Source: a bacterium (GTDB lineage: Bacteria; SZUA-182; DTGQ01). From it: a stretch of DNA of 40,919 bases. The notes under the pieces are model-generated. The model did no database searches and was not told the DNA's origin. It saw only the letters and a list, made by a program, of their open reading frames with translations. Position numbers and translations under genes: made by a program. Positions 8,490-18,379 of this stretch are shown here, piece after piece. Positions within the stretch are counted from its first letter, which is position 1. Each line of letters starts with the position of its first letter. The stretch spans positions 103,434-144,352 of the forward strand of contig JBFMGO010000001.1 in assembly GCA_040752695.1 (NCBI GenBank), written 5' to 3'.

Positions 8490-9996
8490 TGAACAGCGTA
8501 GGAGATGCATGGATATTCATTACCTGTGCCCTGGTCAGATTTTCCTTGAACGCCTGCTGGTTCTCCCTGGCTGCAATCAACCCTTCCATCTTTTTCAGGT
8601 CGATTCCTGCTTTCGTGGCGCATTCCTTCCAGTCAGTGGTTTTGATGTTCTGATTTCGAAGATTAAGGTAAGGCAGTAATTTCCCTGGAAAATACTTTTG
8701 GATTAAAACCTGTCTGAAATCTTCTTCAACCTCTTGCGGACCGTGAAGGCTGGAAAATGAGTCGGCCAGTTGACTGGCGCTGCCACTCTCAGGTGCCTTG
8801 GAGTCAGCCTTTGCGTCTTTGGATTGGGCAATAAAGTAAACCTGAAGGTCGAGTTTCGAGCCTAATTCGGCCATGACCTTTTCCATAGCTTTTTCAGCCC
8901 GGATGGCAAAGGGGCAATAGCTCATGACAAAGAGTTCGAGTTTGGCATTCTGGCTGCTCTTCAGCTCGTTTTGAACTGCTTCCAGCAAAGAGGGGCGAGA
9001 CTGCCGTACGTTTCTCCCAGATGCAGCCACCGCTCCGGGACCATAGATCTGCCGTATGGTTTCGGTGATTTTTTCCTCCGGAACCTTTTGGTTGACTAAA
9101 AGCTGAATAAAGGCTTTCATGGGAAGGCATTGTCCGGTATTACAGCCTGCCAGATTCTGGGCGACGTTGTTCAGAACGAAGTTATAGAGCGGAAAGAGCT
9201 TCTGTGCCTGGTCACTGTAGACGAGCTGAGGTAAAGATGCCTCTGAATTCCGGGTATTCCTTGGCTGCTGGACTCGTCCGGTTATGTGGAGAGTGACCTC
9301 GGGAGTATGGGAATTATTCGTACCGATCATCACCTGCCCCCAGGTTTTTTCTTTCATTAAAGCAGCATCCACGCCTACCTTGAAACTCATTTTTTCATTA
9401 TATTTCAAGGAAACAGGCAGTTTCTGGCCTGTCAGATCGATGTTGACGAAATCGTGGGGAGAAGTAACGGAACTGACCTTTAAAAGTTCATTACCCATAT
9501 TTGTCACTTCTATGGTTTGCGATTTCTTCTCATCGGGCAGGAGTTCTCTGAAGTTTACCGTGCCCGGATTAACAGCAACTTCTACCTTGACCATAGCCTT
9601 GACCTGCAGTTTATATACCGGGCTATTCGGGTCATTGGAGTTTACATAAATCGTCTTTAACTGTTTTCCCTGATAGGATTTGGAATGAAACGTAGCTTTG
9701 ATTTCCCCGGTCTTTCCCGGTGCTATATCTCTCTCCGAGAGATTAACGGCCGTGCACCCTCAACTGCCTTTGACGTTCTCAATCTTCAGAGTTTCCGTTC
9801 CTGTATTTTTAAATTTAAAGATATGGCTTTTCTCTTGATTTTGGTACATCTCGCCAAGATCAAATTCCGTTTCTGAAAATTCGATTTTAGCCTTTGCTGC
9901 CGCCGGCCGGGAAAAGAGCAAGAAACCTGACAGAATGAAAAACAGGAACAACAGGGGTAAACCGAAAAACTGAGATCGTCTTTTCATAACTATCAC
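8455..9996 (-). CDS. Predicted exported selenoprotein: DUF1573 (S-U-G-C-T), Ig-like, CcmH-like helical segment and thioredoxin/GILT-like domain; joins ORFs 9760-9996 and 8455-9594 through an in-frame UGA
   Basis: The frame reads ...IENVKGS-TGA(9762-9760)-GCTAVNLSERDIAPGKTGEIKATFHSKSYQGKQLKTIYVNSNDP... and continues open into MVKVEV. DUF1573 normally has SCGCT at this position. SECIS-like hairpin 16 nt downstream. Start GTG 9996 or ATG 9987. Confidence 0.85.
9722..9747 (-). promoter_or_regulatory. Bacterial SECIS-like stem-loop
   Basis: GUUA-AUCUCUC-GGA-GAGAGAU-A-UAGC just downstream of the in-frame UGA, with G at the start of the apical loop. Confidence 0.7.
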
Positions 9997-10225
9997 CTAC
10001 CTCACGTTAGTTAGTTAATTGGCATGAGCGGAGGCAATCGCCTGAGATTGTCAGCTCATACGCCGGTTGGTTAACAGGTAGTAAAATATAATAAATACGT
10101 CAAATAAAAAAATAATTATAGTCAAGATGCAAGAGATTTGTCCAGAGAAAAATGTATGTCTGCCTTAAAAGCCGCTCCTCCTGAATGATATTTTCAAGAA
10201 ATATTCCTTAAGGTAATCGGATCAT

Positions 10226-10882
10226 TTAGCTTTTTTCGAGGAAGTTTTGATCATGGCAACAATGCCTGATGAGAACATTCTTCAGTGTTTTTTTTAATTT
10301 TTCATTGTTCTTGACAGGATAGAGCAAATGTTCGATTCTTGCTGCCTGATCAGAAGTTATTTCCGGTTTTTTTTTCACTGCGGATGACAGGTACGGGTAA
10401 GGGCGGGTGAAAGATGGAATCTTTCCCAGACGCAGTTCAATGTCAACCGGCTGGTCTGATTTCAGAAATTCATTTACTTTCCTTTTCAATATCCCCTCAA
10501 TCTGCTGGAGGGCCGCCATCCATCCCGGCTCGTTAACAATCACGATGAGCTTTTGCTCCTGCATGCAAGGCGCAGTATGTTCCGCAAGCTTGGGGCCGAC
10601 AATTTTTATCCAGTTCTTGACCAGGGCTTTTTTTTGAAGCCTGGCCTTGACGGCTTCCATAAATCCTTGATTGTGCAGAAGAGGAAGTGTGCAAAGGATG
10701 TTGTAAATAGTGGCGGGAGCGCCAATCGAGGCATCCTCGGCAGGGGCGGTGGAAGAAATACCGGCGGAAAGACCGGCAGAGTGACCAGCGGCAGAAACAT
10801 CTGAAGAATCAGCAGGATGAGCAGTATTCACGTCATTGGATTTTGTTGCGGTATCGTGGGATTGGGCGATGCCTTGGTTCAT
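10226..10882 (-). CDS. DUF721/DciA-family protein with low-complexity N-terminal extension
   Basis: WIKIVGPKLAEHTAP...LIVIVNEPGWMAAL...ILKRKVNEFL...IELRLG matches the DUF721 pattern. Confidence 0.75.
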   Translation of the reverse strand: MNQGIAQSHDTATKSNDVNTAHPADSSDVSAAGHSAGLSAGISSTAPAEDASIGAPATIYNILCTLPLLHNQGFMEAVKARLQKKALVKNWIKIVGPKLAEHTAPCMQEQKLIVIVNEPGWMAALQQIEGILKRKVNEFLKSDQPVDIELRLGKIPSFTRPYPYLSSAVKKKPEITSDQAARIEHLLYPVKNNEKLKKTLKNVLIRHCCHDQNFLEKS

Positions 10883-11080
10883 ATGCAGTATCCTTAGCGA
10901 TCAGGTAACGAAAAAAGCAAACGAGATTACGGAAAAGATGTATATGATGTATATATTGATACCACGAAAGGATGAACAAAGCAAGGGGGGAAAATAAAAC
11001 GCGAACAACGCACGGGGGAAAATAAAACAGTGAGGGAGAAATGAATGCAGCCGCCGTCTTGCCTTTTGCCTGGCCAGCTT

Positions 11081-11215
11081 TGTAACTCTTTTGAGCGAAG
11101 CGAAGAGTCTTGTTCCCTCGTCAAATGTCGAAACGAGCGAAGCGAAAAGGCATACAGATCCTTCTGCCGCGAATTTTCTCTCAAAGCAGGTCTCCCCGCT
11201 TCGCTCGGAATGACA
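11081..11215. repeat. Degenerate REP-like palindromic element (GTCATTCCGAGCGAAGCG...CGCTTCGCTC type)
   Basis: GAGCGAAGCGAA at about 11093 and 11135, and inverted CGCTTCGCTCGGAATGACA at 11197-11215; intergenic. Confidence 0.6.
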
Positions 11216-11838
11216 CTCCAATCCAATATACTATAAATAATGAAATAACAATCTAAATGAAATGGAAAATATAATGTATTACAGAGATATAGTACAAAAT
11301 AAATAGTATTAAAGGTGGCAAAATATACTTAATCATACGTTAATACCCCTCACTTCCCCCAGACAAGCGTTTGTTTTTACCCTGAAAAATAGTAAGCTGT
11401 CAGAAATTTGAGAACTCTTCATCGGATAGGTCATAGAGTCTGCACTGCGCCGAGCCATGATAAGGCTTAAACGCCTCTATGCCTGCCATCAAGTAAACAT
11501 CAAAGGTCAATAAACAGCCTGTCACCAGTATCTTAGGAGTTACGCCGCTTCCATAAATCTATCAAAAACAGATTGACATGATGCTCAAGCTCATACTGAT
11601 AGCTGGGGTAAAAAAGCTACAACAGTCTTGTAATAATTATAAACTGGAAGGAGAGTAACAAGCAAGAAAATCTGACATCGAATTTTTATTGTTCATATTT
11701 ACCGCATTATACGCGGCATATGATTCACAATAATTACGAAATGGTTGACTTCCCCTGTATTGATGAGTTAAATATAGGTTTTCCGGAAAATGAAAACAAC
11801 AACTCCATGATGATGAGGAGGGCTGATTTTTTTTCACT

Positions 11839-13011
11839 ATGAAAAGAGTTCTCTCGGGCTTGGAAGTTCTTATGGCGCATGGCTTTCGAGGGTTAGGCAA
11901 AAGGGTTGGTTTATTGGTCCATCCAGCCTCTGTTGCCTCGGATCTCACGCATGCGGTGGATATCTTTAAGGGAAAGCTAGGGGAAAGACTGGTTTGCCTT
12001 TTGGGGCCTCAGCACGGCCTGTACGGCGAAACCCAGGACAATATGATCGAGTGGCAGGATTTCCATGAGGCAACCTTCGGTCTTCCGGTGTACAGTCTGT
12101 ATGGCAGGAACAGGAAACCGCCCAGGGAGACTTTGGAAACCCTCGATACCCTGGTGATCGACCTGCAGGATGTCGGTGCCAGGTATTACACGTTTATCTG
12201 GACCATGGCTTTGTGTCTTGAGGCATGCCAGGAGCATAATGTGCGGGTCGTGATCCTGGACCGGCCAAACCCATTGGGGGGCTTGAAGGTTGAAGGGAAT
12301 GTCTCGCTCGATGATTTCCTCTCTTTCGTAGGGCTGTATCCTCTCCCTGCCTGCCATGGTCTAACCATGGGAGAATTGGCCTTCTTACTGATACGCGAAT
12401 ATCGGATCGATGTTTCTCTGGTTGTGGTCTGGATGGAGGGGTGGAAACGCGCGATGGGTTATTCGGATACCGGCCTGCCCTGGGTAGCCCCTTCACCGAA
12501 TATGCCCCGGCTGGAAACGGCCCGGGTTTATCCGGGCATGTGCCTTTTGGAAGGAACCAATATCTCGGAAGGAAGAGGCACCACTCTGCCTTTTGAACTG
12601 TTCGGAGCGCCCTTCATTCACTCAAAAGACCTGGTCAGTGAATTAAAGCACCATAACCTGCCGGGAGTAGTGTTCCGGCCCTGTTACTTTCAACCCACCT
12701 TCCATAAATTTCAGGGCCAGTTATGCGCAGGCGCCCAACTGCATGTAACGGACTGGGATTCCTTTAAGCCTTATCTGACGGGAATCGCCATCCTGCAGGT
12801 GATTCACCGGTTGTATCCTGACAGACTGAAATGGAAATCACCTCCCTACGAATACGAATACGAGAAGCTTCCTATTGATATTTTGTGTGGCACGGATCGG
12901 ATTCGACACGAGATCGAATCGCAGGTTTCCCCCGCCGAAATAGAAAAAAGTTGGACAGAGGGGCTTTGCGATTTCTTGAAGATCCGCCGGAATTACCTGC
13001 ATTATGAATAA
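11839..13011 (+). CDS. namZ: DUF1343 exo-beta-N-acetylmuramidase (NamZ family)
   Basis: GPQHGLYG, PVYSLYG, DLQDVGARYYTFIWTM, LDRPNPLGG, HGLTMGELA, WVAPSPNMP, SEGRGTTLPFE. Confidence 0.9.
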   Translation: MKRVLSGLEVLMAHGFRGLGKRVGLLVHPASVASDLTHAVDIFKGKLGERLVCLLGPQHGLYGETQDNMIEWQDFHEATFGLPVYSLYGRNRKPPRETLETLDTLVIDLQDVGARYYTFIWTMALCLEACQEHNVRVVILDRPNPLGGLKVEGNVSLDDFLSFVGLYPLPACHGLTMGELAFLLIREYRIDVSLVVVWMEGWKRAMGYSDTGLPWVAPSPNMPRLETARVYPGMCLLEGTNISEGRGTTLPFELFGAPFIHSKDLVSELKHHNLPGVVFRPCYFQPTFHKFQGQLCAGAQLHVTDWDSFKPYLTGIAILQVIHRLYPDRLKWKSPPYEYEYEKLPIDILCGTDRIRHEIESQVSPAEIEKSWTEGLCDFLKIRRNYLHYE

Positions 13012-13076
13012 GAGACGATCTGCGCTTTCGAACAGGCTGCCTGACTTGCGAACATCTGCTTGATGAGGGAGGAAAG

Positions 13077-14129
13077 ATGACGATGAAAGCCGTTATTCTT
13101 GCCGCCGGATTTGGAAAGAGACTGCGCCCCCTGACCGACTATCTTCCCAAGGTACTGGTGCCGGTTTTAGGTGTTCCGGCCATAGATCATGTGGTTGAGC
13201 GCCTTTTGCTTCAGGGTGTGCAAAAGATAGGGGTCAATGTACACTATCGGGCAGGGCAGATCAGGTCGCATCTGGAATCGGCCTTTTTGGAGGGAAAGGG
13301 GAAAGGGAGAGGAGAAGTTTGCATTGCTCATGAGGAAGAAATTCTCGGAACCGGAGGTGCCATCTATAATTTCCGCGATTTCCTTCGGGGAGACGAGCCT
13401 TTTTGGGTTTATAACGGGGATATCGTCTCTGATATCGATCTTCCTTCCGCCTTGCATTTTCACCGGACCAAAAAGCCCCTGGCCACCTTGATCCTCTGGG
13501 ATTACCCGCCGATCAACACCGTTTCGATGGATTCAAAGGGGAATATCCTCAGCCTGTTTTCAAGACCGGCGTCTTGTGCAGATTCTCTCCCTTCGGCAGG
13601 GAGTGTGGGCCAGAGCACATTGACCTTTACCGGGATTTCGATCCTCAGCCCCCGGATACTTGATTATATGCCGGAAGGATATTCTGAAATACCTGGAATC
13701 TATCAGAGCATTATCGCAGCTAAGGGGCAGGGGGCGGGAAAGATCTGCGGTTTCAGAGGGAGGGGGAGGTACTGGGCGGATTTCGGGACCGTTTCCAGTT
13801 ACCTTGATGTCCACCGCGACCTTTTGCTTGATCGGCCGCAAAGCGCAATCAAAGGGGCAGGCATCTGTTCCCCGGAAGCCGGCAGGCGTTCCATCGGCTG
13901 TGTTTACCGGAGCGGAAAAAGGGGGACGATCGCACGTTCGGCACAACTTGGGGGCTTTGTATCCATGGCAGATGGATGCGTCATCGAGGATGATGTTTTT
14001 CTGGAAGATTGTGTCTTGTGGCCCGGAACGAGAGTTCTTGCCGGGACAAGAGCGCAAAGGGCCGTATTGAGCCAGGATTTTCTATGCAGGGAAAAGGAGA
14101 AAGATGGACGAAGAGAGCCTATGTCGTGA
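13077..14129 (+). CDS. Sugar-phosphate nucleotidyltransferase, probably MurNAc-1-P uridylyltransferase (MurU-like)
   Basis: MKAVILAAGFGKRLRPLT..LPK, EEEILGTGG, YNGDI, WADFGT; adjacent to an AmgK-like kinase and namZ. Confidence 0.8.
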   Translation: MTMKAVILAAGFGKRLRPLTDYLPKVLVPVLGVPAIDHVVERLLLQGVQKIGVNVHYRAGQIRSHLESAFLEGKGKGRGEVCIAHEEEILGTGGAIYNFRDFLRGDEPFWVYNGDIVSDIDLPSALHFHRTKKPLATLILWDYPPINTVSMDSKGNILSLFSRPASCADSLPSAGSVGQSTLTFTGISILSPRILDYMPEGYSEIPGIYQSIIAAKGQGAGKICGFRGRGRYWADFGTVSSYLDVHRDLLLDRPQSAIKGAGICSPEAGRRSIGCVYRSGKRGTIARSAQLGGFVSMADGCVIEDDVFLEDCVLWPGTRVLAGTRAQRAVLSQDFLCREKEKDGRREPMS

Positions 14130-15111
14130 ATCGATCCTGCAGGACCCCCTTTTGAAGGATGCCCCCGGCGGCCGCTTCAGTGCCAGGGCGCAGGTATATG
14201 CCCTGACCGCAGGCGGGTCAGATCGAATTTTTTGCCGGATCAAGGAGGGGGACCGCAGCATTGTTTTTTTGTTTGACCAGAATCAGGAAGAATTCTCAGC
14301 CTATATTCAGATCGGCCGCTTCCTTCGGGAAAACCGTCTTCCCGTTCCCCTCATCTACAGCTATGATTACAATTCTCGAAAGGCCCTGCTGGAAGATCTG
14401 GGGGATGAGACGCTTTTCCAGAAAAGGACAGAAGATACCTGCCACAGACAAAAAAACTATCAAAAAACGATCGATGTCCTGATCACCCTGCAGGGGATCG
14501 GTGCCGAACAGATAGCCGCGTGTCATCCAATTCAGAAAAAGGCCTTCGATTATGGGCAATTGAGATGGGAGACCGCCTACTTTACCCGGTACTTTTTGGG
14601 AGAGTACTGCCATATGGCCGTGGATGAGGGGGAATTCGAGGAAGGATTCCATCAACTGGCGGCAAGCTTTGCTAAAGAGCCTTTCTGGCTGATGCACCGG
14701 GACTTTCAATCCCAGAATATCATGTGGAAATCCGGCGGGCCGTATTTAATCGATTTTCAAGGCGCACGGCGCGGTATCGCCGCCTATGACCTGGCTTCTC
14801 TCCTGAACGATTGCTATCTTGTTCTGGAGGAGCCGCAAAGAGATTTTCTGATCTCTTACTACCTGGATCAGCGACAGCGGCGGCTGGGATTTTTGCAGGA
14901 TGGGGCTGAATTCAGGGACCTGTACACAAGAGCTGCACTCCAGAGGAACATGCAGGCACTGGGGGCCTTCAGTTTTCTTTCCCTGGTTAAGAAAAAGAAG
15001 CAATTCGAGCAATTTATTCCTTTGGGAGTTCACTATTTGAAATCAAACCTTCCTCGCTATGCGCCGCTGCGGGTTTTGGAAAGGAAGCTCATAGCCCTGA
15101 GTATCGAATAG
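14104..15111 (+). CDS. APH-fold phosphotransferase, probably anomeric MurNAc/GlcNAc kinase (AmgK-like)
   Basis: GGSDRIFCR, LLEDLGD, MHRDFQSQNIM, IDFQGARRG..AYDLASLL, LQRNMQALGAF. Confidence 0.85.
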   Translation: MDEESLCRESILQDPLLKDAPGGRFSARAQVYALTAGGSDRIFCRIKEGDRSIVFLFDQNQEEFSAYIQIGRFLRENRLPVPLIYSYDYNSRKALLEDLGDETLFQKRTEDTCHRQKNYQKTIDVLITLQGIGAEQIAACHPIQKKAFDYGQLRWETAYFTRYFLGEYCHMAVDEGEFEEGFHQLAASFAKEPFWLMHRDFQSQNIMWKSGGPYLIDFQGARRGIAAYDLASLLNDCYLVLEEPQRDFLISYYLDQRQRRLGFLQDGAEFRDLYTRAALQRNMQALGAFSFLSLVKKKKQFEQFIPLGVHYLKSNLPRYAPLRVLERKLIALSIE

Positions 15112-15147
15112 CTGTGTTTTTGCAGAAAAAATCTGTAAGTGAATCAA

Positions 15148-15540
15148 TCAGGCCAGAACACAGCTGATTTGTTGAATCATAGCCATGAGTTTGGCAATGG
15201 AGAATGGCTTGTGCAAAATTCCGTAGATTCCTTTCAGCAGGTTGCTTTTCGTGTTTTCTATAGGATGTCCGGTCATCATGATAGCTTTGATGTGCGGCTG
15301 TAAAGACCTTACCTGATGTAAGGTTTCAAGGCCGTTTATCCCTGGCATTCTTATGTCGATCAGGGCAATGTCATAGAGATTGTCTTTGGCCTTCTCAATA
15401 GCGACGTATCCATTTTGAGCCTGAGCGACCTGTAAGCCTTCCAGTTCGAGTATCTCGGCCAGGCTTTTTCGTAGTTCCTCTTCATCGTCAACGACAAGAA
15501 TATTAGTTGCTCTGCTTTCATTCATGTTTCGCTTCTCCAC
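15148..15540 (-). CDS. Single-domain response regulator (receiver)
   Basis: ILVVDDE, IDIRMPGING, MMTG, HKPF; start may be ATG 15525. Confidence 0.9.
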   Translation of the reverse strand: MEKRNMNESRATNILVVDDEEELRKSLAEILELEGLQVAQAQNGYVAIEKAKDNLYDIALIDIRMPGINGLETLHQVRSLQPHIKAIMMTGHPIENTKSNLLKGIYGILHKPFSIAKLMAMIQQISCVLA

Positions 15541-15742
15541 TTTTCATTTAACTTTATTTTTCTCCCCCATTATTTTATTTTTATGATTTTGACTGCGAAT
15601 GTATAGATAACTCCCAAAAAAAGACGATGGAAAGAATTATCTCTTATGGAAAAATTTTTGCTTTGTGGAGGAAGTGAGGTAAAATAGAGAAGACGAAAAG
15701 AGTCCTTTTTCAGTTTTTCTTTATAAAATATGGTGAGACAAA

Positions 15743-16627
15743 ATGAACAGATGTAAAATTATTACTGGCCTGTTTTTATGTATTTTCCTTTTCCGGTCAT
15801 CACTCATGGCTGCCGGGCCTTTGCAGAAAGAGGAATTTTCCGCAGAGCAGAGTGCAGGACAGGCGACGCAAACTCCCTCCCTGAAGATCGGGGAAAGGTT
15901 TACCTATACCCTGTCCTGGGGAATCGTACCTGCCGGTTATGCCACGATGGAAGTCGATTCCCTCATCAGGTGGGCAGGCGGGGTGAATTGCTATCAGATC
16001 AAGATGTTTACCAGTACGAATCCTTTTTTGGATAAAATCCACAAGGTTCGTGATTCGGTAATCTCTTTGATTGAAACTTCCCTGAAACGGTCGCATTACT
16101 ATCGTAAAGAGCAGCGGGAAGGATCGTTTTCCCGGGATGATGAGCTCACCATCGATTATCAAAACGAAGAGGTGACTCTGAACCGGAACGGAAAACTGAA
16201 AAACATTATTAAGATCCAGAAAGATGAAGATTTACTGGATCCCTACGCTGTGCTATATTATGTAAGGAGCCTGGATCTCGAAGTAGGAGACCAGATCAGC
16301 GTTCGGGTGATTGATGGAAATGACGTGTATCAAATACAGATTAATGTATTGAAGCGAGAGAGGGTCAAGAGCTGGGCAGGATATTTCGACTGCCTGAAGG
16401 TAGAACCCAAAATGGAAAAAGTAGAAGGGGTATTCAATAAAAAGGTTCAAGCGAAACTGTATGTCTGGTTGACTGATGATGACCGTAAGATCCCGGTAAA
16501 AATGCAGAGTGAAGTCTTGATAGGCTCTATTTCTGGTCTTTTAAAAGAGATTCACGAGCCCTGGGAGAGGGTTAAAATACCGAAAAATCTCCCGGAGAGA
16601 ACCGAAAAAGTATCCGGGGGGTATTAA
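15743..16627 (+). CDS. DUF3108-family exported protein
   Basis: Signal peptide; GERFTYTLSWGIVPAGYATM, VWLTDDDRKIPVKM..EVLIGSI. Confidence 0.8.
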   Translation: MNRCKIITGLFLCIFLFRSSLMAAGPLQKEEFSAEQSAGQATQTPSLKIGERFTYTLSWGIVPAGYATMEVDSLIRWAGGVNCYQIKMFTSTNPFLDKIHKVRDSVISLIETSLKRSHYYRKEQREGSFSRDDELTIDYQNEEVTLNRNGKLKNIIKIQKDEDLLDPYAVLYYVRSLDLEVGDQISVRVIDGNDVYQIQINVLKRERVKSWAGYFDCLKVEPKMEKVEGVFNKKVQAKLYVWLTDDDRKIPVKMQSEVLIGSISGLLKEIHEPWERVKIPKNLPERTEKVSGGY

Positions 16628-16696
16628 TGATCAACCAACCGGCCCATCCCCAACACGGTTTGGTTTTGGGGTAGGCACGGATGAGGTAAACAAAAG

Positions 16697-18379
16697 ATTA
16701 AAAACATTTATGGAGAGATTCAGGGCCTTGGTCCCGGCAGTCTTAAGCGGCTTGAGCGGATTTACCGCCGCAGGGTCCCGAGTCAGGAAATTATCACATC
16801 TGAGCTGTGCAGGTACTTGACTGAGGTATCATTCGACCTTGGCCGTCAGGTCGGTGTCCTTATCACGAGAAGGGGAGAAATAGCCTATGTCGTTGTCGGA
16901 AACCAAAAAGAGATCCTTATCCCGCCGCTCGACGATTACCGGCTTGGCCACAGGCGATTTCGGGGATTGAGATTCCTTCATACCCATTTAAAGGGAGAAC
17001 CTCTTTCCAAAGATGATTTGACAGACCTGGCCTTACTGCGCCTCGATCTTATCGGAAGCATCGGAGTGGGAGAAGCAGGGCTGCCCGCTCAGGTTTTGCT
17101 GGCACACCTGCTCCCTGCGAACAGAGATGGAAAAACCTGCGAGCTTCTGCCTCCCCGCGAGACGCACCACCTTCATGATATCGATTTTGAGCAGCTCATC
17201 GGCGAACTTGAAAAGGAAATCACCCGTGAGGAAAAAAGCGCCCAGGAGGTCGGGAGTACAGAGCGGGCGATTTTGGTCGGGGTAAGAGACGGTCAAAAAA
17301 TCGATGCTTTAGAAAATTCTCTCGAGGAATTAAAAGAGCTGGCCCGCACCAGTTCGGTCCATGTCCTGGATACGATCGTTCAAAATGCCGACCGTATGAA
17401 TCCCAAATATCTTTTGGGAAAGGGCAAGTTACGCGAGTTGATTATCCGTGCACTTCAGTCGGGGGCCAGTCTGTTGATTTTTGACCGGGAACTGACCCCT
17501 GCCCAGGTCAGATCCATCAGTGAAATTACGGAAATGAAAGTGCTGGACCGCACTCAGCTTATTCTGGACATCTTTGCCAGACATGCCCATACCCTCGACG
17601 GGAAGATCCAGGTGGAACTGGCTCAACTGAAGTATATCCTCCCCCGCCTGAAGGAAAACACGGCAGCCTTTTCCCGGCTGGCTGGAGGTATCGGCGGAAG
17701 AGGCCCCGGAGAGCAGAAGCTGGAAGTGGACCGCAGGCATATCCGGAACCGGATTTCGTATCTTGAAAAAAAACTGGAAGCAAGCAGCAAGAGCCGCAGG
17801 CAAAGGAGGGCGAAAAGGTCAAACGCTTCTCTCCCCATCATTTCTATTGTCGGTTACACCAATGCCGGCAAATCCACGCTGCTCAACGCTCTGACCGACA
17901 GCCATGTTCTGGTTGAAGACCTGTATTTTGCCACTCTCGATACCGCCACCAGAAGGCTGCGCTTTCCCCGGGAAAGAGAAGTGATCATAACCGATACGGT
18001 CGGCTTTCTGCGTTCACTGCCGCCTGATTTGCTCGGAGCATTCCGCTCGACGCTCGAGGAACTGGAGGACGCCAACCTGCTGCTTCATGTCGTTGATGTA
18101 AGTAATCCCCGCTTTCATGAACAAATGGATGCCGTAGGACAGATTCTGAGCGATTTGAACCTGTCCCGCATTCCCGTTCTTCAGGTGTTTAATAAAATTG
18201 ACAAGCTTCCGCAAGAGATGCTTTCTGCATACCAGAAAAGGTATCAGGGGGTTTTTATCTCTGCCCGATCTGTCGACACCCTTGCTCCCCTTATCATTCA
18301 AATGGAAAGGATACTTGAGGACCATGGATGCTTTTACCCACAGTCTGGCCGGAGTAGTAATTGCCAGAGCCGCATTTGA
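16697..18379 (+). CDS. hflX: Ribosome-associated GTPase HflX, long N-terminal form, apparent AUU start
   Basis: DRTQLILDIFA, GKIQVELAQL, RGPGEQKLE, GYTNAGKST, FATLD, DTVGF, NKID. The frame extends upstream to ATT 16697 (IKNIYGEIQGLGPGSLKRLERIYRRRVP) and is bounded by in-frame TGA 16682-16684. GAGGT lies 9 nt before the ATT. Confidence 0.92.
   Translation: MKNIYGEIQGLGPGSLKRLERIYRRRVPSQEIITSELCRYLTEVSFDLGRQVGVLITRRGEIAYVVVGNQKEILIPPLDDYRLGHRRFRGLRFLHTHLKGEPLSKDDLTDLALLRLDLIGSIGVGEAGLPAQVLLAHLLPANRDGKTCELLPPRETHHLHDIDFEQLIGELEKEITREEKSAQEVGSTERAILVGVRDGQKIDALENSLEELKELARTSSVHVLDTIVQNADRMNPKYLLGKGKLRELIIRALQSGASLLIFDRELTPAQVRSISEITEMKVLDRTQLILDIFARHAHTLDGKIQVELAQLKYILPRLKENTAAFSRLAGGIGGRGPGEQKLEVDRRHIRNRISYLEKKLEASSKSRRQRRAKRSNASLPIISIVGYTNAGKSTLLNALTDSHVLVEDLYFATLDTATRRLRFPREREVIITDTVGFLRSLPPDLLGAFRSTLEELEDANLLLHVVDVSNPRFHEQMDAVGQILSDLNLSRIPVLQVFNKIDKLPQEMLSAYQKRYQGVFISARSVDTLAPLIIQMERILEDHGCFYPQSGRSSNCQSRI

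Noticed and set aside
9760..9762. Nonsense mutation / pseudogene reading of the TGA
   Set aside because: The TGA falls exactly on a conserved Cys position, is followed by a SECIS-like hairpin, and both halves are intact.
10901..11236. Short ORFs across the palindromic element
   Set aside because: Translations of a REP-like repeat with no RBS or protein features.
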